A stretch of 64,000 nucleotides of DNA from an uncultured Gaiellaceae bacterium (GTDB lineage Bacteria > Actinomycetota > Thermoleophilia > Gaiellales > Gaiellaceae), in assembly GCA_963731615.1 (NCBI GenBank), contig CAVSWD010000005.1:218203-282202 (forward strand), given 5' to 3'. A model generated the notes under the pieces. The model saw nothing but the letters and a program-made list of their open reading frames with translations, was not told the DNA's origin and did not search any database. The position numbers were made by a program, and so were the translations under genes. This document shows, piece after piece, positions 37,076 through 45,381 of the stretch (position 1 is the first letter of the stretch; every line of letters starts with the position of its first letter).

Positions 37076-37507
37076 GTGGCGATGATTCGGGAGTTCTCTG
37101 CAGGGGGCGTGCTGGTACGGCGCCTCCGGGGCCGCTGGTGGCTGGCGGCGATCCGGCCGAACGGCAAGCCGGAGGGCGTGTGGGCCCTGCCGAAAGGGCT
37201 GGTCGACCCGGGCGAGACCGGAGCTGAGACGGCGCTCCGCGAGGTCGCCGAGGAAACCGGCCTCACGGGCCGGCTCGACGGCAAGCTCGGCGATGTCCGC
37301 TACGTCTACACCCGTCGCGGCGAGCGGGTCTTCAAGGTGGTCAGCTTCTTCCTGCTGCGCTACACCCGCGGGAGGATCGGTGACCTGCCGACGGGGATGG
37401 AGCTCGAAGTCGCCGAGGCGCGATGGCTGCCGTTGGAGGAGGCGCCACGGCTGCTCGCCTACGGCGGCGAGCGGGAGATGGCAAAGCGCGCGCTCGCCTC
37501 TCTATAG
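37076..37507 (+). CDS. NUDIX hydrolase
   Basis: Nudix box GLVDPGETGAETALREVAEETGL. Confidence 0.85.
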   Translation: MAMIREFSAGGVLVRRLRGRWWLAAIRPNGKPEGVWALPKGLVDPGETGAETALREVAEETGLTGRLDGKLGDVRYVYTRRGERVFKVVSFFLLRYTRGRIGDLPTGMELEVAEARWLPLEEAPRLLAYGGEREMAKRALASL

Positions 37508-37516
37508 TCGTGCGTC

Positions 37517-37879
37517 GTGGCAATGTTCGCGCTCAACTTCTACTCGCCGCTCGTGGCCGACCAGCTGCGCACGCACCGGAAGACGGCGACGATCCGGCTC
37601 GGGGACAAGTCGAGCAAGTACAAGAAGGGGATGATCGTGACCGTGCTCGTCGGCGTCCGCTACGGCCAGCGCGAAAAGATCTTCGACGCAGTGATCGACA
37701 AGGTCGAGGTGAAGCAGATCAACGAGCTCTCTCCGCGCGAAATCGAGCACGACAACCCCGAGATCCGGCGGCCCGACGAGATGAGCCGCTTCCTCGGCCA
37801 GCTCTACAACCGGCCTGTCGCCGAAGACGAGACCGTGACGGTGATCCGCTTCTCGCAGATCATCGGCGCGATGTTCTAG
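37517..37879 (+). CDS. ASCH domain protein
   Basis: 120 aa; ...RKTATIRLGD...VTVIRFSQI pattern typical of the ASCH/PUA-like fold. Confidence 0.65.
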   Translation: MAMFALNFYSPLVADQLRTHRKTATIRLGDKSSKYKKGMIVTVLVGVRYGQREKIFDAVIDKVEVKQINELSPREIEHDNPEIRRPDEMSRFLGQLYNRPVAEDETVTVIRFSQIIGAMF

Positions 37880-37881
37880 CG

Positions 37882-38162
37882 CTAGCGACCGGGCTTGCGG
37901 ATCCTGACGCCGAGCACCTCGGGTGCCCGCACCGGAACACCGCACTCCTCGCACTCGATCGCGAACGCGGACGGAATCGGTGCCGAGCAGGCGGGACAGC
38001 GGTGCCTGGTCTCGCCACCACAGTGCGGGCAGGCCGCCGCCAGCTCTGCCTCGCCCTCGAGGAAGTAGCGCCACACCGAGCCGCACGCGAGACAGAAGCA
38101 GACGTAATCGCCGAGCGTCTTCCGCCGCTCCTCCTGGATCCAGTTGCGCTTCGGCTTCGCCA
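37882..38162 (-). CDS. Zinc-ribbon protein (four Cys pairs)
   Basis: CFCLAC..., CPHCGG, CPAC, CEEC. GTG start at 38162. Confidence 0.5.
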
Positions 38163-38165
38163 CCG

Positions 38166-38756
38166 TTACCTGCTCTGGAGCGCGTCGAGAGCGATTCCGA
38201 GCGCCACCGCGAGCCGGCGGTCGATCGTGTGCTCGGTGTCGCCGCTGAGGTCGAGCGTGTAGCTGTCGCGGACGCCGATCGCGCGCGTGAGCTCGCCGTA
38301 GTGCTGCTCGCCGTGATCGATCCGGAAGTGGAAGAGGATCGGGACGAACTCGCCGTACGGCACCGCATCGATCAGGCGGCGCACGATCGCCCAAAACGGC
38401 GAGCGTTCCTGCGCGACGCCGACCTCCTGCTCGTTCGCGTCGAGGATCCGCCACGTCGAGCGGAGGAGCGACGTGCCGAACACCTTCTCGAGCACGCCGA
38501 TCTTCTCGCCCGATGGCGTCGTCACGTCGTAGCGGCCGCCGAGCTCCATCAGCGCGCGGGCCTTGATCCGGAAGAGCTCTTCGGTCTCGTCCTCATGGGC
38601 GAAGAAGCGGATGTCCTCCTTGAGCGCCATCCGCTTCTGCCGGACGAACGCGACGGGAAGGCCGCGTGCGGAGATCCGGTAGAGGTTGACCATCGGCCGG
38701 ATCACCTGCTGGATCTCGAACCGGTCGGCCTCGAAGACGGTGCTCACCCACTCCAT
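38166..38756 (-). CDS. Scramblase/LURP-one-like (Tubby C-terminal-like fold) protein
   Basis: FEIQQVIRPMVNLYRI...LFRIKARALMELGGRYDV...STWRILD... resembles the scramblase family pattern. Start chosen at the MEWV ATG. Confidence 0.5.
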   Translation of the reverse strand: MEWVSTVFEADRFEIQQVIRPMVNLYRISARGLPVAFVRQKRMALKEDIRFFAHEDETEELFRIKARALMELGGRYDVTTPSGEKIGVLEKVFGTSLLRSTWRILDANEQEVGVAQERSPFWAIVRRLIDAVPYGEFVPILFHFRIDHGEQHYGELTRAIGVRDSYTLDLSGDTEHTIDRRLAVALGIALDALQSR

Positions 38757-38811
38757 CCTACGGGCGTCGATAAAGTGCACCCGTCGTCCAACCCGACGGG
38801 GGTAGTCGCGC

Positions 38812-39855
38812 ATGGCGGTACGGGAAGCGGAGCCGGTCGGCTCGCTGAGCGAGGTGAGGGAAGCCGGTCTCGATCGCGAGGATCTGCTGGGCATCTATCG
38901 CAATCTGCTCGTCACCCGCGGGATCGAGGAGCGCGGCCACATCCTCTACAAGCAGGGAAAGATTCCGGGCTCGTTCTACACCGGTAGGGGCAACGAGGCC
39001 GCAGCGGTCGGCGTCGCCACGGCGATGGGGCCGAACGACGTCGGCACGCCGCTGCACCGCGACATGGGCGTCCACGTCACGCGCGGCGTCGAGCCCTGGC
39101 GGATCTTCGCGCAGTACATGGGCCGCGAGGGCGGCCCGACACGTGGCCGCGACGGCAACGTGCACATGGCCGACTCGAAGCTCGGGATGATCGCGATGGT
39201 CAGCCACCTGCCGGCGATGCTCCCGGTCGCCGTCGGCTGCGCGCTCGCCTTCCGGATCCGCGACGAGAAACGGGTCGCGGTCGGCTGGTTCGGCGAAGGC
39301 TCGGCAGCGCGCGGCGACGCGCACGAGTCGATGAACTTCGCCGGCGTCCGCAACCTCCCGGTCGTCTTCATCTGCGACAACAACCAGTGGGCCTACTCGA
39401 CGCCGACTCACCTCGGCTACGCAGTCGAGCATCTAGCCGACCGCGCCGCTGCGTACGGGTTCGAGGGCGTCGTCGTCGACGGCACCGACGTGCTCGCCGT
39501 CTATCGCGAGGCCAAGAACGCGATCGAGAAGGCGCGTGGCGGCGGTGGACCGACGCTGATCGAGTGCCAGACCCTCCGGATGGAGGGCCACGCGGTCCAC
39601 GACGACGCGTTCTACGTGCCGAAGGAGCTGTTCGAGGAGTGGGCGAAGCGCGACCCGATCGAGCGTTTCCGCAGCTGGCTCCGCGACAATGCCGAGCTGA
39701 CGGGCGACGAGGAGGACGAGATCTCCGGCCGGGTGAAGAAGATCCTGAACGACGCGCTCGCTCAGGCAGAAGAGTCGCCTCAGCCTGATCCAGCGACCCT
39801 GCTCGACGGTGTCTACGCGACGCCCGAGGACCTCGACACCCCCCACCACAAGTAG
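38812..39855 (+). CDS. 2-oxoacid (pyruvate/branched-chain) dehydrogenase E1 alpha subunit, TPP-dependent
   Basis: 347 aa; GEGSAARGDAHESMNFA, ICDNNQWAYSTP. Confidence 0.9.
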   Translation: MAVREAEPVGSLSEVREAGLDREDLLGIYRNLLVTRGIEERGHILYKQGKIPGSFYTGRGNEAAAVGVATAMGPNDVGTPLHRDMGVHVTRGVEPWRIFAQYMGREGGPTRGRDGNVHMADSKLGMIAMVSHLPAMLPVAVGCALAFRIRDEKRVAVGWFGEGSAARGDAHESMNFAGVRNLPVVFICDNNQWAYSTPTHLGYAVEHLADRAAAYGFEGVVVDGTDVLAVYREAKNAIEKARGGGGPTLIECQTLRMEGHAVHDDAFYVPKELFEEWAKRDPIERFRSWLRDNAELTGDEEDEISGRVKKILNDALAQAEESPQPDPATLLDGVYATPEDLDTPHHK

Positions 39856-40830
39856 ATGGCCGAGAAGACCTATCTCCAGGCGATCAGCGACGGGCTCCGG
39901 CAGGAGATGCGCCGCGATGAGCGCGTCTTCGTGATCGGCGAGGACGTCGGGGTCTACGGCGGCGCCTTCAAGGTGACGCTCGGCTTCCAGGAGGAGTTCG
40001 GCCCCTGGCGCGTGCTCGACGCGCCGCTCGCCGAGACCGCGATCGTGGGCGCCTGCACCGGCGCGTCGATGATGGGCATGCGCCCGGTCGCAGAGATGCA
40101 GTTCGCGGACTTCATCTCCTGTGCGTGGGACCACCTCGTCACCGTCGCCGCCAAGCAGCGCTTCCGGGCCGGCACGCCGGTGCCGATCGTGGTGCGGTTA
40201 CCCTCGGGCGGCGGCTTCTCCGGCGGGCCGTTCCACTCGCAGAACCCCGAGAGCTCGTTCGCGCACATTCCCGGCCTGAAGTGCGTCTGCCCGGCGACGC
40301 CGGAGGACGCGAAAGGGCTGCTCGTGGCCGCAATCGAGGATCCGAACCCGGTGCTCTACTTCGAGCACAAGCACCTCTACCGCCGGATCAAGGGCGAGGT
40401 GCCGGACGAGCGCTATGTGACCCCGCTCGGCAAGGCGCGCACGCATCGCGAGGGCGACGACATCTCGGTGATCACGTGGGGCGCGATGGTCTACACGGCC
40501 GAGGAAGCCGCGAAGAAGCTCGAAGGCGAGGGCATCTCGGTCGAGATCATCGACCTGCGAACGGTGATGCCGTGGGACAAGGAGGCGGTGCTCGAGAGCG
40601 CGCGCAAGACGTCGAAGGTGCTCGTCCTGCACGAGGACACCCGCACCGGTGGCTTCGGCGCCGAGATCGCCGCGACGATCGCCGAGGAAGCATTCGAGGA
40701 TCTCGATGGGCCGGTGAAGAGGATCGCCGCACCTGACTCCCCAGTCCCGTTCTCGCCCGTCCTCGAGAAGGCCTACATCCCGCAGGTCGAGGATGTCGAG
40801 CAGGGACTGAGAGAGCTGGCGGAGTACTAG
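39856..40830 (+). CDS. 2-oxoacid dehydrogenase E1 beta subunit
   Basis: 324 aa; [26 protein letters not shown]. Confidence 0.92.
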   Translation: MAEKTYLQAISDGLRQEMRRDERVFVIGEDVGVYGGAFKVTLGFQEEFGPWRVLDAPLAETAIVGACTGASMMGMRPVAEMQFADFISCAWDHLVTVAAKQRFRAGTPVPIVVRLPSGGGFSGGPFHSQNPESSFAHIPGLKCVCPATPEDAKGLLVAAIEDPNPVLYFEHKHLYRRIKGEVPDERYVTPLGKARTHREGDDISVITWGAMVYTAEEAAKKLEGEGISVEIIDLRTVMPWDKEAVLESARKTSKVLVLHEDTRTGGFGAEIAATIAEEAFEDLDGPVKRIAAPDSPVPFSPVLEKAYIPQVEDVEQGLRELAEY

Positions 40831-40838
40831 GAGGCCTA

Positions 40839-42303
40839 GTGGCTACGGGAACGCAGACCGACGTCGTAATGCCGCAGATGGGCGTGTCCGTCTCGGAGGG
40901 GACGATCACCAAGTGGCTCAAGTCCGAGGGCGAGACGATCGCCCGCGACGAGCCGCTGCTCGAGATCTCGACCGACAAGGTCGACACCGAGATCCCCAGC
41001 CCCGCTGAGGGCGTCGTCGCCCAGATTCTCGTGCAGGAGGGTGAGACGGTCGAGGTCGGCGCCGTTCTCGCGGTGATCGCGCCCGAGGGAGCCGAGCCCG
41101 CCGCGCCCGCGCCGGAACCGGCCCCGGCGGACGTGCCCGAGCCGGCCACGCAGGCGGCCGCGGACGCATCCGAGGCGGCGGCGAACGAGATCGCGGAGCC
41201 GACGGCACCGACGCCCGCGCCGACCCCTGCCCAGGCTCCCGACTGCCGCGGCCCCTGTCGCCGCACCCGCGTCCGGCAACGGCCGCACCTTTGTCTCGCC
41301 AGTCGTCGCGCGCATCGCCGCCGAGCACGGCGTCGACCCGAACTCGGTCAGCGGTACCGGCACCGGCGGCCGCGTGACGAAGAAGGACATCCTGGCCTTT
41401 GTCGAGTCTGGCGCCTCGACGAAGGCTACGCCGGCTCCGCCGGCGGAACAGCCCCCTCCGCCCGAGCCTCAGGCGGTAGCACCGCCGCCGCCCCCCACCC
41501 CGGAAGCTGCACCGGCTCCTGCACCTGCGCAGGCCCCGTCACCGCCGCCTGCTCCGGCTCAGCCACCGCCACAGGCGCAGCCTGTGGCAGCAGGGGAGAG
41601 CGAAGAGCCGATGACGGCCATGCGCAAGGGGATCGCCGAGCACATGCGCCGTTCGCTCGACACCTCGGCGCACGTGACCAGCGCGATCGAGGTCGACATG
41701 TCGAAGGTCGTGGCGATCCGCCAGAAGCTGAAGAAGGAGTTCGAGGCGTCGTACGGCGTCAACCCGACGTATCTCTCCTTCGTCGCGCGCGCGACCGTCG
41801 AGACGCTGCGGGAGTACCCGTGGATCAACGGCGAGATTCGCGGCGACAAGATCGTGACGCGAAATTTCGTCAACCTCGGCTTCGCGGTCGAGCTGGCCGA
41901 CGGCAAGGGCCTGATCGTGCCGGTGGTGAAGAACACCGAGAGCCTGAACCTGCTCGGGATGGCGAAGTCGGTGACCGAGATCGCTGCGCGGGCACGCGAC
42001 AAGAAGCTGATGCCCGACGACGTGCAGGGCGGCACGTTCACGATCACGAATCCCGGCGGCTACGGCACCTTCCACGGCACGCCGGTGATCAGCCAGCCAC
42101 AGGCGGCGATCCTCGGCACGTACGCCGTCGTGAAGCGGCCGTGGGTGGTGCAGGACGAGCTCGGCCAGGACGTGATCGCGATCCGGCCGATCATGAACCT
42201 CACCCTCACGTACGACCACCGGCTCGTCGACGGCGCACTCGCCGGCCGTTTTCTCAAGTCGTTGCGCGAGAAGCTCGAGAACTGGGGCGAAAGCGACTAC
42301 TAG
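40839..42303 (+). CDS. Dihydrolipoamide acyltransferase (E2); frameshift near 41240
   Basis: Lipoyl domain [14 protein letters not shown]; [18 protein letters not shown]; catalytic [13 protein letters not shown]. Confidence 0.85.
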
Positions 42304-42501
42304 CGTCCTCACTACTGTCTCGTCGGCGGCGGAGGCGGAGATGCTCTGCGGCCTGCTCCGGACGGCCGACCTCGAGTGCGATCATCGCCCGGTGCAGTCG
42401 GGGGACGCGTTCGGCGGCGCGCACGAGGTGCTCGTGCACCTGGAGGACCTGGAAACGGCGCGCTCGATGCTCCCGACCGACCCGTGAAAGGCGCCTACGT
42501 G

Positions 42502-43192
42502 ATGAACCTCGGCGTCGTTCCGTACGCCGAGGCATGGGAGCTCCAGCGGGCGCTGGCGGGCGCTGTCTCTCAGGGCGCGATCCCGGACACGATCCTGGTG
42601 CTCGAGCACCCGCCGACGGTCACCACCGGCCGCCGCACCGATGCGGACGAGCTGCACATCCCGGCAGAGCGCCGAGGTCGAGGTGGTCGAGACCGACCGC
42701 GGCGGCAAGTCGACCTTCCACGGGCCCGGCCAGCTCGTCTGCTACCCGATCTTCGATCTCCACCGGCACGGCCTCGACGTGAAGCGCTACTGCCGCGATC
42801 TCGAGGAAGCGCTGATCCGCACGCTGGCGTCGCTCGGCCTCGAGGGGGAGCGCATCGACGGCCTGACCGGCGTCTGGCTCAACCGCCCTCCACGCAAGAT
42901 CGCCTCGATCGGGATCCACGTTGCGAAATGGGTGACGACACACGGCTACGCGCTCAACGTCGACCTGGATCCGGCCCCGTTCACGCAGTGGATCACAGCA
43001 TGTGGGCTCGAGGACGCCGCCTTCACGACGATCGCGAAGGAGCTCGAGCGTGCCGTCACGGTCGACGAGGTGCGAGCGCCCGCTCTCGAGGCGCTCGCGG
43101 ACGTCTTCGAGCTGGAGCTCGAGGAGCTGCCGGCCGACGCCGGACACGGCCTTTGGCCGCAGCCCGTCCACGGGCAGCTCGCGGCCCGCTAG
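42502..43192 (+). CDS. lipB: Octanoyltransferase LipB; frameshift near 42670
   Basis: [12 protein letters not shown]...|...[19 protein letters not shown]...KIASIGI. Confidence 0.85.
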
Positions 43193-43527
43193 GCCGGTTC
43201 CCAGCTCACCTCGACGACTGTATCCGTCCGGATCGGAGCAACTTCACGCTCACGTAGTCGGGCTCGTCCCACCACTCGACGATCGGGCAGACCGTCTGCG
43301 CTGCAACACGATCGCGGAACGTACGCACGTCGTCCGGTGACGGCAAGCGGGTCCGAAATGCATGAACGGCGGCAGTCGTGAGCGGTCGTCCACCTCACCA
43401 AGTGCCAGCGAGAATCCTGCCGCGTCTGCAGGATCAGACACCCCGTCGGCACGCGCGCAGGCTCGGCGGTGAAACCGAAGTAGGTCTCGCAGAAGCGGCG
43501 CGATCGTTCCTGGTCCGCAACCGCCAT
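43189..43527 (-). pseudogene. VOC/glyoxalase-family gene remnant with at least three frame disruptions in 340 nt
   Basis: Pieces MAVADQERSRRFCETYFGFTAEPARVP.., ..GFSLALGEVDDRSRLPPFMHFG.., ..PDDVRTFRDRVAA.., ..SDPDGYS|VEVSWEPA lie in different frames. Confidence 0.55.
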
Positions 43528-43628
43528 CGGCTAGGTGACGCACGCTCGCGATCGTACGCCGCAACTAGACTGACCGGGCATGCAAGGCATCGCTTCCCGT
43601 CGACGAGCGGCCCCGCCGGCCGGAGTGG

Positions 43629-44501
43629 ATGAAGGTTCGCGCCCCGAGCGCCGACGGGCGCTACTTCGACGTCAAGAAGCTGCTGCACGGGCTCTCGCTG
43701 CACACCGTCTGCGAGGAGGCTCGCTGCCCGAACATCTCCGAGTGCTGGGGGCGCGGCACTGCGACCTTCCAGATCCTCGGCGACACCTGCACCCGCGCCT
43801 GCCGCTACTGCTACGTCCATTCCGGCAGGCCGGAGCGCGAGCCCGACCCGCTCGAGCCGCTCCGCGTCGGCCAGGCCGCGGCACAGATGGAGCTGAAGCA
43901 CGTCGTCGTCACGTCCGTCGACCGCGACGACGTCCCCGACCGCGGCGCGGGGCACTTTGCGGCCACGATCCGCGCGATCAAGGCAAAGCTGCCACAGGCG
44001 AGCGTCGAGGTGCTGACCCCCGACTTTCTCGGCGTCGAGGAGGCCGCACTTCGCACGGTGCTCGCCGCGCGGCCCGAGGTCTTCAACCACAACATCGAGA
44101 CCGTCCGCCGCCTGCACCGGAGCATGCGCGGCGCGAAGGCCAGCTACGACAAGGCGCTGTGGCTGCTGGGCCGCGCGAAGGAGCTTGCGGACTATCCGGT
44201 GCTGACGAAGTCCGGGATCATCGTCGGGCTCGGGGAGACGAACGACGAGATCGTCGAGACGATGCGAGACCTGCGCTCCCGCGGAGTCGACGTCGTCACG
44301 ATCGGCCAGTACCTGCAGCCGAGCTCGAAGCACGCGGCGATCGACCGCTGGGTGCATCCGGACGAGTTCCGCTGGCTGCGCGAGCAGGGCGAGGCGCTCG
44401 GCTTCGGCTCCGTCTTCGCCGGCCCGCTCGTGCGCTCGAGCTACCGGGCCGACGAGCAGCGACACGCGGCCGAGACCGGCCGCGGCGCCGTCGCCTACTA
44501 G
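43629..44501 (+). CDS. lipA: Lipoyl synthase
   Basis: CEEARCPNISEC and CTRACRYC clusters; the conserved PEWMKVR begins right at or just before the ATG. Confidence 0.92.
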   Translation: MKVRAPSADGRYFDVKKLLHGLSLHTVCEEARCPNISECWGRGTATFQILGDTCTRACRYCYVHSGRPEREPDPLEPLRVGQAAAQMELKHVVVTSVDRDDVPDRGAGHFAATIRAIKAKLPQASVEVLTPDFLGVEEAALRTVLAARPEVFNHNIETVRRLHRSMRGAKASYDKALWLLGRAKELADYPVLTKSGIIVGLGETNDEIVETMRDLRSRGVDVVTIGQYLQPSSKHAAIDRWVHPDEFRWLREQGEALGFGSVFAGPLVRSSYRADEQRHAAETGRGAVAY

Positions 44502-44578
44502 CTGGCGTAGTCACCCGTTCAAGGGTCGCGCTTCGTTCTGGGGCGTGCATTCATGTGAGCTGGGAGGAAAGCGAATGC

Positions 44579-44913
44579 GTGTCTCCGCAGCAGCCGTCGG
44601 TGCTCGTGCTGGTGCTTGCCGTGCCCAGTTGGGGAGCGCAGCCTCGGCGTGCGAGCCTCGATGACTCTGAAGCTCGGTCGCACCTCTCGTCGTCCGCGGC
44701 AGCGGCTTCGGCGGCGGCGAGCACGTCGTGATCGTCGCCGCCGTGCGCGGCACGCAGCGCATCGCCAACGCGATTGCGCACCGAAATGGTCGGTTCGCCG
44801 CTCGGTTCGACCTGCGCCTGAAGCGCTGCACTCCATTCACCGTCCGCGCGATCGGCAGGCTGGGCAGCCGGGCGATCCTGCACGTCGAGCCCACCTGCGG
44901 TGACGACGACTAG
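44579..44913 (+). CDS. Small secreted protein (paralog of 44963..45325); frameshift near 44672; start uncertain
   Basis: ...SVLVLVLAVPSWGAQ..., then in another frame ...PLVVRGSGFGGGEHVVIVAAVRG...NGRFAARFDL...CTPFTVRAIGRLGSRAILHVEP, parallel to the neighbour. Confidence 0.35.
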
Positions 44914-44962
44914 CGCAACGGAACGTGATTCACCGGGGAAATTCGGGGCATACTGTCCCGCG

Positions 44963-45325
44963 ATGCGCGTCATCGTTGTCGCCGTCCTGCTGCTAGTGCT
45001 GGCCGCTCCGGCGCCCGCCGCCAAGCAACAGCCGAGCCTTCGCGTCGTCGGCACGAGCCCGCTCACCGTGCGCGGCGCAGCCTTCCCCGCCCGCATGGCG
45101 GTCGTCGTTACCGTACGCCAGGACGGGCTCCTGCAGGCCCGGCGGACCGTCCGCTCGGGTTCCGCCGGCGGTTTCGCCGTGACGTTCGCCGGCACGGGCG
45201 TCCACCCGTGCGACGGGGGCGCGATGTCGATCACGGCCGTGAGCAGCTCGGGTGCGGTGGCCAAGGCGAAGCTGCCGCAGGCGTTCTGCCCGCCGCCGCT
45301 CGCCGCCTTGAGAAACTTGCCGTGA
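44963..45325 (+). CDS. Small secreted protein, unknown function
   Basis: MRVIVVAVLLLVLAAPAPAA signal; ...PLTVRGAAFPARMAVVVTVRQ...AGGFAVTFAG...C...ITAVSSSGAVAKAKL. Confidence 0.55.
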   Translation: MRVIVVAVLLLVLAAPAPAAKQQPSLRVVGTSPLTVRGAAFPARMAVVVTVRQDGLLQARRTVRSGSAGGFAVTFAGTGVHPCDGGAMSITAVSSSGAVAKAKLPQAFCPPPLAALRNLP

Positions 45326-45330
45326 AAGGC

Positions 45331-45356
45331 GGAGGGCCGCCCTGGGGCGGCCCTCC
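45331..45356. terminator. Bidirectional terminator hairpin GGAGGGCCGCC-CTGG-GGCGGCCCTCC between convergent genes
   Basis: Perfect 11-bp inverted repeat read directly. Confidence 0.6.
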
Positions 45357-45381
45357 GGTTGACGTCGATCTGCTGCCTCGG

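Noticed and set aside
38757-38894. Upstream starts (38813, 38894) for the scramblase-like gene
   Set aside because: They would overlap the divergent E1-alpha start at 38812, and the added residues look non-coding. The internal ATG (MEWV) was preferred.
43580-43628. ATG at 43580 as the lipA start
   Set aside because: It is out of frame with lipA as written. It would only work with an additional indel near 43588. This is recorded under the lipB-lipA finding rather than annotated.
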